A stretch of DNA of 64,000 nucleotides from Pseudomonadota bacterium (GTDB taxonomy: Bacteria; Pseudomonadota; Alphaproteobacteria; Paracaedibacterales; CAITNM01). The DNA lies in contig JBKCOJ010000007.1 of NCBI GenBank assembly GCA_046309815.1, forward strand, positions 26,179 through 90,178, in the 5' to 3' direction. Under the pieces are notes generated by a model. That model saw only the letters and a program-made list of their open reading frames with translations. It had not been told where the DNA came from and ran no database searches. Of the stretch, positions 46,843-56,324 are shown piece after piece; the stretch's first letter is position 1; each line of letters opens with the position of its first letter. Made by a program: the position numbers and the translations under genes.

Positions 46843-47829
46843 TTACACGGTTTCTATTTGTTGTTTATAAAAATCTTGAACAAGGCTGCGCATTTTTACC
46901 GGGCATTCCGTTTGATTGACGTGCACTCGATAATCGGCAGAGTCTTTAAGTCCCTTACTGTACCACCCTAAATGCTTGCGAGCAATCTTAACTCCACCCT
47001 CTACGCCATAAAGTTGTAAAATATCTTCAAAATGCTCCAAGACAATGGCGAGTTGTTCTTCAATAGAAGGATCGCTGCATACGGTTTTGCCAGATATGTA
47101 ATCATACGCTTGCTGTATAAACCATGGGCGGCCATACGCACCACGGCCAATCATGACACCATCGGCACCACTTTGCTCGAGAAGATTTTTAGCATCTTCG
47201 ACCGTTACCACATCGCCGTTTCCAATAACAGGGACTTTTACGGCTTCTTTTACGGAGCGGATAAATTTCCAATCAGAACGACCGTTATAGAGCTGACAGC
47301 GTGTGCGACCATGCACGGTAATCATTTGCACGCCTAAATCTTCAGCAATTTTTGCAAGCTTAGGCGCATTACGGCTTTTATCGTCCCATCCAGTACGCAT
47401 TTTAAGAGTGACGGGCACTTTTACAGCCTTAACGGTTGCTTCAATAATTTTAGCAGCTAAGGCTTCGTCGCGCATAAGTGCTGAACCTGCGTGACCATTG
47501 ACCACTTTTTTAACAGGACACCCCATGTTGATATCAATGATTTTAGCACCTAGATCTTCGTTGAGTTTGGCAGCTTCAGCCATGACATCTGGTTCGCAAC
47601 CGGCAAGCTGCACAACCATAGGTTCTTCCCCGTGCGATTGAATCATACGCATACTGGCACGCGTAAGGCGAATCATGGCTTGACTTGCGATCATTTCAGA
47701 AATGACAAGCCCTGCCCCCATTTTTTTGACGAGACTTCTGAAGGCTCGATCACTAACGCCGGTCATGGGCGCTAGGAAGACATTCATATCAAGGCAAACA
47801 GGGCCAACGGTAATTTTTGAAGCAAGCAT
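46843..47829 (-). CDS. dusB: tRNA dihydrouridine synthase B
   Basis: LAPMTGVSDRAFR, DINMGCP and VHGRTR motifs. Confidence 0.9.
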   Translation of the reverse strand: MLASKITVGPVCLDMNVFLAPMTGVSDRAFRSLVKKMGAGLVISEMIASQAMIRLTRASMRMIQSHGEEPMVVQLAGCEPDVMAEAAKLNEDLGAKIIDINMGCPVKKVVNGHAGSALMRDEALAAKIIEATVKAVKVPVTLKMRTGWDDKSRNAPKLAKIAEDLGVQMITVHGRTRCQLYNGRSDWKFIRSVKEAVKVPVIGNGDVVTVEDAKNLLEQSGADGVMIGRGAYGRPWFIQQAYDYISGKTVCSDPSIEEQLAIVLEHFEDILQLYGVEGGVKIARKHLGWYSKGLKDSADYRVHVNQTECPVKMRSLVQDFYKQQIETV

Positions 47830-47952
47830 GAAACTAAACTAAGCCAAAAGTGCTTAAAAAACAAGCAGAAAATGAGGGGTTAGGACTTATACAAATAATA
47901 TTCACTGAATTTCCACGCCCGCCTAAGCAGCATCAAGACAACGAACTTAAAA

Positions 47953-49257
47953 TTATGCTTGCCCCTCTAATTTTTCGAAGTGACGAACTCCCCAAAGAAA
48001 ACCTATATTCACCGGAATCATGATAATCCATAAGCCATAGTAGCCTAAGCAATCTGTCAAGAATACCAAACTAAATGATGTAATAACATACGTAAGAGCC
48101 CTACTTGAAGCATATACGAAGCTAGCTGTAGTAAAGCGTTTTAAGATGGGGATATATTTTAAGAAAAGCGAATACCCGGGAACTAATGACATTGCTGTAA
48201 CAATTAAAACAGCTTGTAATAAAAAAATATGGATATAGCTATTCGAATTCATGATGCATAGAGGAAGTAATAACATAACAACCAAACTAGCTCTGCCTTT
48301 TAAATTCACTATCTTTAAAGGGTTAATTCTATAGCTAAGAATAGCAATGGTAATAATAACAATAAGTGAAACAATTGATAGTAAGAAATTATGAAAAATA
48401 ACATCCTCTGACGTATACCCGTAGTCTACTTTTAACGTCTGATTAAAATACATGTAGGTTAAATAAAACGATAGCGGCCACCCAGGCGTAGCAGCAATAT
48501 ATGCCCAAAATGTTTTTCTATCCATTTTCTCATGATTAATAAGTTTTTGAGTTTTAATCGCTCCTATTATCTTATTAGAACTCCCTTTGGATTGTATTTC
48601 GACCATTTCTTGTATTTTTTGTCTTTTTTTAAGAAATTCAGGTGTTTCTCGGAGGCGTGTTCTAGCAACAGACCCTACAACAGCAATGGCAGCGCCTATC
48701 CAAAACGCATTACGCCAATTAAAACCAAAATGAGTAACTAAGGACGCAACACCTAAAGCAAACGCTGCACCAAATTGTGAAGCAACGGCAACACAAGAAA
48801 CCATAGGATATTGAGCCGGAGGCTTTACAATTTCTGTAGTGTACACTTCAGCACCAATAATCTCTCCCATGGAAGAAAGGCCTTGAGCAATACGACACCC
48901 AGTTACTAGCCAAGCTGCTGCTATTCCTATTTGAGAATACGTGGGCAAGGTAGCCATGATAATACAACTTAAAGCCATCATCATGGTAGTAAGAATAACA
49001 GTAGGTTTTCTGCCAATATGGTCGCCAATATAACCAAAAAGTAATGCCCCAAAAGGTCTCAAGACATAGGTGGAGCAGAAAGCAAAAGCCATTAATAAAG
49101 AAGCTGTATGGGGATCTGTCTTAGGAAAAAAGAGTTCGTTAAGTAACACTGCCATATGGACGTAGAGCATAAGATCAAAATACTCGAGGAAAGTGCCAAC
49201 TTGCAGAAGCCCAACTGCCTCTTTTTGTTGCCTATTTAAGGAAGAAAAAATACTCAT
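47953..49257 (-). CDS. MFS transporter, MHS (ProP-like) family
   Basis: N-terminus GTFLEYFDLMLYVHMAVLLNELFFP and 12 TM segments. Confidence 0.78.
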   Translation of the reverse strand: MSIFSSLNRQQKEAVGLLQVGTFLEYFDLMLYVHMAVLLNELFFPKTDPHTASLLMAFAFCSTYVLRPFGALLFGYIGDHIGRKPTVILTTMMMALSCIIMATLPTYSQIGIAAAWLVTGCRIAQGLSSMGEIIGAEVYTTEIVKPPAQYPMVSCVAVASQFGAAFALGVASLVTHFGFNWRNAFWIGAAIAVVGSVARTRLRETPEFLKKRQKIQEMVEIQSKGSSNKIIGAIKTQKLINHEKMDRKTFWAYIAATPGWPLSFYLTYMYFNQTLKVDYGYTSEDVIFHNFLLSIVSLIVIITIAILSYRINPLKIVNLKGRASLVVMLLLPLCIMNSNSYIHIFLLQAVLIVTAMSLVPGYSLFLKYIPILKRFTTASFVYASSRALTYVITSFSLVFLTDCLGYYGLWIIMIPVNIGFLWGVRHFEKLEGQA

Positions 49258-49333
49258 GAGAATCCAATATTATCCCAATTAGGTCATTTACACCTATTTC
49301 AGGGCATTAAGCAAGATATTTTAGTAATATCCT

Positions 49334-49365
49334 CTAGGTCACGCTATCAAGTAGTGAGGCATCAT
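49334..49365 (+). repeat. dispersed hairpin repeat, H3 subtype (degenerate)
   Basis: ctaggtcacgctatcaagtagtgaggcatcat, compared with 59621 aactgggtcccgctatcaagtagcgggacgcc. Confidence 0.55.
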
Positions 49366-49473
49366 GCGTCCTACAGGCATAAAATGCCCACATTTGATCC
49401 TATCGGACCTCGTAGAGATGGCAAAAGAAAGAATTAAAAGAACGTAAGAATTAGTTTTTCTTTAAATCCGTAT

Positions 49474-49989
49474 CTAACACTTCTTTTTTTTCTCTGATTT
49501 TTTCATGTCCTGGTAAGACGTTGTAAAAATATAGCTTGAAATACCACCGACAAGTGCGCCACCGATGACATCTGTCCAATCGTGGCGTCGCACCTGGACA
49601 CGAGAATAACCAACATAAGAAGCAGCTGCTGCAGATGGAACACCATACGCGTAACCATATCTCATACCAAGGAATGTTGAACCAGTGAAGGCAAGACTTG
49701 TATGGGCCGAAGGAAAGGCGTATTTGCCGCCTCTTGGTCTTTTTTTATGAACAGCAAATTTTAGAGCCCAGGTAGCAGCAGTGGACGCAGCAACGCTGTA
49801 GGCAAGCTGTTTCATTCCTTCGGTATCATCTTTACTGAAAGCGGTGATTAAGGCTGCGACGGGAATAGTAATTTGCAGAACGTCGCCCGTGGTTTCTGTT
49901 TTTGTACGTTTACGTGCTGAAAGGGGAGTAGAAACTATTGCTACGATGAGTAAGCTTGCAAGAATATATTTCATGTTTAAAAAGCGCAT
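49474..49989 (-). CDS. PAP2-family phosphatase
   Basis: KxxxxxxRP (KFAVHKKRPRG), PSAH (FPSAHTS) and SRxxxxxHxxxD (SRVQVRRHDWTDV). Confidence 0.82.
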   Translation of the reverse strand: MRFLNMKYILASLLIVAIVSTPLSARKRTKTETTGDVLQITIPVAALITAFSKDDTEGMKQLAYSVAASTAATWALKFAVHKKRPRGGKYAFPSAHTSLAFTGSTFLGMRYGYAYGVPSAAAASYVGYSRVQVRRHDWTDVIGGALVGGISSYIFTTSYQDMKKSEKKKKC

Positions 49990-50175
49990 ATTGGAAATTA
50001 TTAATAATTATAATTTTTGGACTATATCAAAATGTCTGCATTAAAACAAATAGATTGCTAAGACATAAGAGAAATGTTATTTAAAATGGTTACCTTACTT
50101 TTAAATAAAATTTTAATAAATTCTTAACCTTTTGTTTTCTAAGGTGAAGATATAGAGAACAAAAACCTTAACGTT

Positions 50176-50946
50176 ATGCGCCAAAATATATCAGAAATTG
50201 AATGGAATACACGCCTTGAATTAACAGCTGCTTATCATCTTGCGGGAAAGTTTGGATGGACAGATTTAATATACACGCATTTTACCGCTAGAGTTCCAGG
50301 AGAAGAAGGCTGTTTTTTAATTAATCCTTTTGGACTCCACTTTCATGAAATCACACCAACTAACCTTATTAAAGTTAATTTTAATGGGGAAGTAATAAGC
50401 GAGACGGAATACGAAGCTAATCCTACAAGTGCCGTCGTACATGGCACCATACACGATGTGCGTCCAGATGTACTTTGTACGCTTCATTTACATACAGCAA
50501 ATGGTGTCGCTGTTAGCTCAACAAAAGATGGTCTACTTCCTTTATCGCAGCATGCTTTACATCTTTATGATGAAATTGCCTATCACGATTATGAGGGTAT
50601 TGCCCTGGATGAGGATGAGAAGGTCACGATTGCTCATGATTTAGGGGACAAAAAAGTGATGTTGATGAAAAATCACGGCACTTTAACAGCAGGGGCAAGT
50701 ATTCCTGAAGCATTTATGTTAATGTATATGCTTGAAAAGGCTGCTGAAATTCAAGTTAAAACACTTGCACAAGGACTGCCTATTTGTACTATACCTAAAA
50801 ACGTATGTGAAAGAGCCTACGCACAAGCGCTCGCAAAGCGTGGTAAGCATTTGAAATTAGAGTGGATGGCACTATTACGATTACTGGATACACCCTATGT
50901 ACGGCCTTTATTGAATGAAGAACATCCTTTAGCAAACGCTGCATAG
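50176..50946 (+). CDS. class II aldolase/adducin-domain protein
   Basis: VVHGTIH...HLHT metal-binding histidines and MKNHGTLTAG. Confidence 0.82.
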   Translation: MRQNISEIEWNTRLELTAAYHLAGKFGWTDLIYTHFTARVPGEEGCFLINPFGLHFHEITPTNLIKVNFNGEVISETEYEANPTSAVVHGTIHDVRPDVLCTLHLHTANGVAVSSTKDGLLPLSQHALHLYDEIAYHDYEGIALDEDEKVTIAHDLGDKKVMLMKNHGTLTAGASIPEAFMLMYMLEKAAEIQVKTLAQGLPICTIPKNVCERAYAQALAKRGKHLKLEWMALLRLLDTPYVRPLLNEEHPLANAA

Positions 50947-51015
50947 GGCCACCATTAAGAGATTTTTAATATTTTTTCGTTAAAGTATATCTACAAAAAC
51001 AGTTAGGTATTTTTT

Positions 51016-51363
51016 ATGAAAAAAGTTTTATTGACACTAATTTTTGCAGCACTTGTAAGCACAAGCGGCAATGCGATGGATCAATTCTCGCAGTATGCGA
51101 ATAAAGCAAAATCTGCAATGGGCAGCGCGAAAATGCCATCGATGCCTTCAATGAATTCTTTTAAAGGAATGATGGGGGGAAAAAGCAGAGCAAAAGCAAG
51201 TACTCCTCATCAGAACAACGCAGGTAGTTCTTCAATGATGGGCTCTGCTATGGAATCTGCTAAAAGAGGAATGGGATCTTTTAGTAATTACGCAAAAGGT
51301 GGTATGAGTTCTCTAAGCCAAAATGCGCAAGGACTTATGAACAAAGCTCGCGGACAAAAATAA
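51016..51363 (+). CDS. small secreted Met/Gly/Ser-rich protein
   Basis: Signal peptide MKKVLLTLIFAALVSTSGNA. Repeated MGS/MMG motifs. Confidence 0.5.
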   Translation: MKKVLLTLIFAALVSTSGNAMDQFSQYANKAKSAMGSAKMPSMPSMNSFKGMMGGKSRAKASTPHQNNAGSSSMMGSAMESAKRGMGSFSNYAKGGMSSLSQNAQGLMNKARGQK

Positions 51364-51377
51364 GATAAGATTGTTGA

Positions 51378-51406
51378 ACAATGGCGCTTATTACAGCGCC
51401 TTGTTT
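51378..51406 (+). terminator. rho-independent terminator
   Basis: GGCGCT-tattac-AGCGCC followed by ttgttt. Confidence 0.5.
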
Positions 51407-51410
51407 GAAT

Positions 51411-51472
51411 TGACTGGATCCCGGCTTTCGCCGGGACGTCTCTATTAGCCATCCACGGGGATGACGCCTAGG
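51411..51472 (+). repeat. dispersed hairpin repeat, H2 subtype plus GGGGATGAC tail
   Basis: tgactggatcccggctttcgccgggacgtctctattagccatccacggggatgacgcctagg. Confidence 0.75.
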
Positions 51473-52364
51473 CGGGCTTGCCCTTGCGATTGGCGTTAAT
51501 TGTTTTGATTGTTTCCGGCGTTACTTTTAAGAAATAACGCTCTGGAGAACGCAGATCTACTTCTAGGACGTGCCCTACCGATAGCCTATGCTCTAACAAA
51601 AGTTTTTCTAAGACACTTAGCCCTTGGTTTATTGCATTGTCCGAAAGCTTCACTAAAATTCCTCCTACTAGGTGAAGATTCCATCTTCTTTCACGCACTC
51701 TGGATAATGCTTGCAGGTTTTTTTGCACCATTGGATAGCTGGCCAATGTTTTTAATATTTCTGGAGATTTTTGCGGGGCACCCTCGCCTATTACCAAAGG
51801 CAGAACACCATAATGTTTATAATTTTTGGTGATAATAGCCGTACCATCGATATCGACAAGATTGAACTGACCCTGATGCTGCCAAATAGCAATAGGCTGA
51901 CGTTCTTCAATTTTGATTTGAATAATGTCAGGGAGTCTACGAATCACCGTTGCATGACGGATCCATTCAAGCTTTTCTAGGCGAAATCGCACCTGCTGAG
52001 GATCAATCGCGAAGATAGAATCCCCGCGCTTTATTTGCAGAATTTTCATTAGATCTTGGTGATGCGTGTTGCTACGGCCCTGCACGATGACTTCGTCAAC
52101 TTTAAATCCCAGTGACGTTACAGCTTTATCAAGCTTATGGAGGCTTTCTGTGTACAGGCGCTCGGGGTACCCTAACAGCCATAAAATTGCCACTGCAATG
52201 ATGGCTGCAACCCCAATAAAAGCCTTGCTATAATCCGCATAAACGCGCAATGTCCGTGCGTTTTTCTTTTTATTAACTTTACGCCTTACTGTCGGCTTTT
52301 GTGGCTCTTTATACAAGCGCTTCACAGACAACAATTGTTCTTTTACAGCTTGGTTTAATCGCAT
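51468..52364 (-). CDS. ftsQ: cell division protein FtsQ
   Basis: TM anchor followed by POTRA VDEVIVQGRSNTHHQDLMKILQIKRGDSIFAID. Downstream of ddl. Confidence 0.85.
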   Translation of the reverse strand: MRLNQAVKEQLLSVKRLYKEPQKPTVRRKVNKKKNARTLRVYADYSKAFIGVAAIIAVAILWLLGYPERLYTESLHKLDKAVTSLGFKVDEVIVQGRSNTHHQDLMKILQIKRGDSIFAIDPQQVRFRLEKLEWIRHATVIRRLPDIIQIKIEERQPIAIWQHQGQFNLVDIDGTAIITKNYKHYGVLPLVIGEGAPQKSPEILKTLASYPMVQKNLQALSRVRERRWNLHLVGGILVKLSDNAINQGLSVLEKLLLEHRLSVGHVLEVDLRSPERYFLKVTPETIKTINANRKGKPA

Positions 52365-53257
52365 CGGGCACTTTCCACCATTTTTCCAACAAGCTGAGTA
52401 AAAGATATGCCTTGGTTTTTAGCAATTTGCGGCGCGAGGGATGTTGCGGTGAAACCTGGTTGGGTGTTGAGTTCAAGCACAGAGAATTTTTGACCATCAA
52501 ACATCATGTCCACTCGTGAAAGACCTCTGCAACCCAATGCTTGGTATGCTTTAAGGGCAGTGTCTTTGGCAAGTTGTTCAAATTCTTTTTCAATGGGCGC
52601 TGGGCACGTAAAGCAGGCTTCTCCTGGCACATACTTTGCTTGATAGCTAAAAATAGAAAATTTTTCATTGGGGCGAATTTCAATGGTACCTAGAGATACG
52701 CCATCAAGAACAGCTACGTGAATTTCACGAGCTTTGAGGTATTCTTGGACAATACAGTCATTGCCATAGGTCCAGTTCTTTTTCAGGTTATCCCAATCTT
52801 CATTTGACGTAAGCAATTGAATACCAACACTTGAGCCTTCATTGATGGGTTTAATAATGCAGGGAAAATCAAGTGGGCACGTCGTTTGAGCGGCAAGATT
52901 AATACGATGCGTTTCTGGAGTTGGGATATTGTGTTGCTTAAATAGTTGGTAAGAGTCCCATTTATCCATAGCCAGTTCTGAAGCTTTAACGCCAGAGTGT
53001 GTGTAGGGAATATTTAAATCGTTCAAGATTTGTTGGACAGTGCCGTCTTCGCCAACGGGACCGTGCAAGCAATTGAAGACGACATCAGGCTTATGGGTTT
53101 TTAACTGAGCAATGAGCTCATCAAGATTACTTGGCAAATCGATTGTTATAGGTTTAAACCCAAGCTCTTCCAGAGCACTTAACGTTGCTTTGCCAGAGTT
53201 TAGAGAAACTTCACGTTCTTTACCTGGACCACCTAATAAAACGACAACTTTTTTCAT
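52355..53257 (-). CDS. ddl: D-alanine--D-alanine ligase
   Basis: KKVVVLLGGPGKEREVSLNSG, the ATP-grasp core, and ELNTQPGFT. Confidence 0.9.
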   Translation of the reverse strand: MKKVVVLLGGPGKEREVSLNSGKATLSALEELGFKPITIDLPSNLDELIAQLKTHKPDVVFNCLHGPVGEDGTVQQILNDLNIPYTHSGVKASELAMDKWDSYQLFKQHNIPTPETHRINLAAQTTCPLDFPCIIKPINEGSSVGIQLLTSNEDWDNLKKNWTYGNDCIVQEYLKAREIHVAVLDGVSLGTIEIRPNEKFSIFSYQAKYVPGEACFTCPAPIEKEFEQLAKDTALKAYQALGCRGLSRVDMMFDGQKFSVLELNTQPGFTATSLAPQIAKNQGISFTQLVGKMVESARCD

Positions 53258-53360
53258 ATAAGATATTATTTTTTGATTGAAGGTATATTACAGAAAAAAA
53301 TCAATAAAGAGAATCAATATGATGATTTTTTTAGAATATATATGGTATTAATGGCATTTG

Positions 53361-53418
53361 GCTGGATCCCGGCCTACGCCGGGAAGACTATAAAAAGCAT
53401 ACCGGGAAAACTATAAAA
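53361..53418 (+). repeat. dispersed hairpin repeat, H2 subtype with duplicated tail
   Basis: ggctggatcccggcctacgccgggaagactataaaaagcataccgggaaaactataaaatg. Confidence 0.75.
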
Positions 53419-53435
53419 TGATTTGTTTGAAAAGA

Positions 53436-53475
53436 AAAACCCAATGCCTGATTAAGACATTGGGTTTTGATTTTT
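53436..53475. terminator. bidirectional rho-independent terminator (serves minus-strand gene 53477..54418)
   Basis: AAAACCCAATG-cctgattaaga-CATTGGGTTTT with A/T runs on both sides. Confidence 0.55.
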
Positions 53476-53476
53476 T

Positions 53477-54418
53477 TTAATTAGAAAGAGTAAGTTGGCT
53501 AGTTAGGGCTGCTAGAGCACTTTCATGCAAATCGCTAAACATGTCATGAGCTAGAGTTATTTCTAGTAACACAGGATCATGGCGAATATTCATATCGTTT
53601 TCCACTTGATTATTAATATTACATTTTAAAATTTCCGTAACAGCACTTAGAAGTGGCATTTCTGGGTGGGCTGATGGTAATAGCATTACCGCGAGCTTAA
53701 GAGCTTTTCTATGCTCATACTCCTGATGCAGGAAACTCCAGGCAAAGCTTTCCAGCACTAATAAATTCGATAAAGCTGTGAAAGCTTTTGGATGCAATGA
53801 TTCAAAAACATTATAGGAAAATATTATTTCTAAAAAATCCTCATTGTATATTGGTCTTCCATTTCCATAAGTAGTTGAAGGATTGCAAAGACTATAATCC
53901 AAAATCGCAACAACCTTATTCATTAACGGCTGCATTTCCGGGTTCGTCGTGGGTGATCGCTTTGAAAGCTGATCTGCTGCTAGATAAAGGGCATCCATTT
54001 GTGGATACTCATGATGAGCAACATTATCTTTATCTAGTCCCTCTAATACTAATTGGTTTGTTAAAGCTGTTAAAGCGCCTTGATGCAAAGGCTGGAACAT
54101 CTCATGATCTAAGGTTATTTTCACCAAGTCTAGATTGTATGCTGGGCCGTTAGCACCAATCAAAGGATGACGAAGGTTCCAGTCCAAAATTGACATTACC
54201 TTATTGTGCATCGCTGCCATTTCTGGGTGCGTTAAAGATGGTCTCTTTGAAAACTGCTCTACTGCCAGATTAAGAAAATTCATAAAGCGATATTCGTGAT
54301 TGGGGCCAAAATTATGAGCCATTGCCTCGTCTGGGGTTATGACTACTGCCTCATCTATAGCTTCTGCGCTCGCCCATAGAGATGCTGCTATTAAAATGAT
54401 GTGTTTTAATTTTTTCAT
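53477..54418 (-). CDS. hypothetical secreted protein made of three ~95-aa repeats
   Basis: Signal peptide MKKLKHIILIAASLWASAEA. Three units are marked by HPEM..(M/L)..KV..ILD...L and ...(F/L)..LH..AL(T/A)ALT(N/S)QL.L. Confidence 0.55.
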   Translation of the reverse strand: MKKLKHIILIAASLWASAEAIDEAVVITPDEAMAHNFGPNHEYRFMNFLNLAVEQFSKRPSLTHPEMAAMHNKVMSILDWNLRHPLIGANGPAYNLDLVKITLDHEMFQPLHQGALTALTNQLVLEGLDKDNVAHHEYPQMDALYLAADQLSKRSPTTNPEMQPLMNKVVAILDYSLCNPSTTYGNGRPIYNEDFLEIIFSYNVFESLHPKAFTALSNLLVLESFAWSFLHQEYEHRKALKLAVMLLPSAHPEMPLLSAVTEILKCNINNQVENDMNIRHDPVLLEITLAHDMFSDLHESALAALTSQLTLSN

Positions 54419-54506
54419 GTCGCACCCTTCAAAAAATTTTGCTTCTTATTTGCTTTTTATATAGAGATTCAATTTTTAAAAGCAAGTTTTTTATATCGAT
54501 GGCAGT

Positions 54507-54543
54507 TGGCTGGATCCCGACCTACGCCGGGAAAACTATAAGA
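54507..54543 (+). repeat. dispersed hairpin repeat, H2 subtype
   Basis: ttggctggatcccgacctacgccgggaaaactataag. Confidence 0.72.
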
Positions 54544-54550
54544 AGCGTAT

Positions 54551-55468
54551 TTATTGGCGGAATAATACGAAACGTAACCATTTAAGCGGCGGGAAGCGCC
54601 AGGCTTTGTGCTCGATATAGGACATGGAGGATTGCTGGTACGGCATGAGACTATAGCGTGCTTCTTGTGGGTGGCGATGTTGCCATTTAATAATAGGTTG
54701 GAAATCATTCTCAGGCAACGCAATTATCCGGTTGGGATGCTTTAAAAAGGTTACGTTTAGCAGGCTTTGATCGTGGTGATGCATGCCTTTTCCATAGCCT
54801 TTTATATAATTGGGGTTAAGGCAGAGATCTAACCAAGTTTTTACAAAATCACGCGTGACTTTACAATTACGAAATATCATTAGCCCAGCCCATAGTTCTC
54901 GCATTTTTGAAAAATCAGGATGCATTGAGACATGAAGTTCGGCTGCTACTTGGGGATCAATTGTTTTATTTAAGATGCTGTATATTTCTTCAGTGTACCT
55001 GTAAAATACGGCGTCGTAGTCATGCAAATATTTCAAAATCGGTGCGAGGGAGCCCGTAAAAATCGCGCCAGAATCCGCATACACGATGATGCTGCCTTCG
55101 GACGTATTTTCCAGCGCTTTTAAAATGAAATAGGGCTTCCACAACCAAAACCCTGCTCCAGATTTTTGATCAAGAATGGCTTTATGCTTTTGGTAAAAGG
55201 CTTTATCAATGTGTGAACGACGGTAATTAAAAATAAAATCAATGCCGCGGTTTAAGGCGGATTGCGCCAAGGCATTTTGGTTTTGGAAAAAAACTTCATG
55301 ACCATCTGCGTAGGATACTAAATAAACGCCGTCGTGGTAGAGTTTTTCTGGTGCACCAAAATCTGGATGAGCAACGGAATCAATACTGCGCGTGGAAATG
55401 TCAAAAAGAGTGTAGCCAAGCTGCAGGCAGGCATAGCAGATAGAAAATAGGATGAGGAATTTTTTCAT
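54551..55468 (-). CDS. hypothetical signal-anchored protein, possibly a nucleotide-sugar transferase-like enzyme
   Basis: MKKFLILFSICYACLQLG N-terminus. GAGFWLWKPYFILKALE...IIVYADSGAIF recalls small glycosyltransferase-like families. Weak assignment. Confidence 0.45.
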   Translation of the reverse strand: MKKFLILFSICYACLQLGYTLFDISTRSIDSVAHPDFGAPEKLYHDGVYLVSYADGHEVFFQNQNALAQSALNRGIDFIFNYRRSHIDKAFYQKHKAILDQKSGAGFWLWKPYFILKALENTSEGSIIVYADSGAIFTGSLAPILKYLHDYDAVFYRYTEEIYSILNKTIDPQVAAELHVSMHPDFSKMRELWAGLMIFRNCKVTRDFVKTWLDLCLNPNYIKGYGKGMHHHDQSLLNVTFLKHPNRIIALPENDFQPIIKWQHRHPQEARYSLMPYQQSSMSYIEHKAWRFPPLKWLRFVLFRQ

Positions 55469-55477
55469 AGTTCTACT

Positions 55478-55715
55478 CACTGGACTGGATCCTCACGCCT
55501 TCTTCGAAGACTCAGGATAACGGGAATGGTGAACAAAGAAGTGTCAGTGACATAACAATTCATCGTTATGCTATCGATGCTATTCACTGGACCCCGTTTT
55601 TCAACGGGGGGTCTATAATTTCTCAACGGACGTGTGGCTATGCTCTTTATCAGAGATGATGAAACTTTTCTCTGAGCCCCGTTCCCGTTCTTCAACGAGA
55701 CGTCGTTTTTCGATG
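55478..55715 (+). repeat. cluster (~240 bp) of dispersed hairpin-repeat modules
   Basis: H4 cactggactggatcctcacgccttcttcgaagactcaggataacggg. H1 cactggaccccgtttttcaacggggggtctataatt. H1-like gagccccgttcccgttcttcaacgagacgtcg (compare 34420-34460). Confidence 0.75.
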
Positions 55716-55724
55716 AGAGAGAGG

Positions 55725-56324
55725 TCATATTCGTCCTAATAGTTCTTGCTCAAACATCTTAAATGCTTTGACGCGGTGGGATGTTTGCGCTTTTTCAACC
55801 TTAGTCATTTCGCCATAGGTGCGTGTATCATTCAAGGGGATAAACATGGAGTCATAGCCAAACCCATTTTCACCGCGCGCAGGCCATATAAGCGTGCCAT
55901 GACTTTCAGCTTTGAAAATTTTTGAGGAACCATCAGGCCAAGCAACCGCTAGTACGCAGACAAAGTATGCATCTCGAGGTTTATCATCAAGTAAAGCATG
56001 AACTTTTTCACGAGCAGCGGCAAAATTACGATCTGGCCCTGCCCATCTGGCGGAATAAATACCTGGCATGCCACCAAGTGCAGGTACGACAAGACCTGAA
56101 TCATCAGCTAGGGAAACATGTCCTGTCTTTTCAGCTGTATAACGGGCTTTTAAAAGAGCGTTACCTTCAAAAGTATCTTCGGTTTCTTCTGGTTCCTTTA
56201 TGTTTAGATTTCCCGAACAGTTGATATGTAAGCCATACGGGGAAAGTAGAGTTTGTATTTCTTCTAACTTTCCCGTATTGTGCGTCGCTAAAATAAGTGT
56301 GTCGCCCGCCTTAAGCTGCAGCAA
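55725..56324 (-). CDS. rdgB: dITP/XTP pyrophosphatase (Ham1/RdgB)
   Basis: LATHNTGKLEEI, ETEDTFEGNALLKA, DDSGLVVPALGGMPGIYSARW and SHR. Confidence 0.88.
   Translation of the reverse strand: MLQLKAGDTLILATHNTGKLEEIQTLLSPYGLHINCSGNLNIKEPEETEDTFEGNALLKARYTAEKTGHVSLADDSGLVVPALGGMPGIYSARWAGPDRNFAAAREKVHALLDDKPRDAYFVCVLAVAWPDGSSKIFKAESHGTLIWPARGENGFGYDSMFIPLNDTRTYGEMTKVEKAQTSHRVKAFKMFEQELLGRI

Noticed and set aside
55477-55728. 83-aa ORF (and 54469..54723, 84 aa) in intergenic DNA
   Set aside because: Both are translated almost entirely from dispersed hairpin-repeat modules. They have no start context, and 54469..54723 overlaps the 3' end of a better gene.
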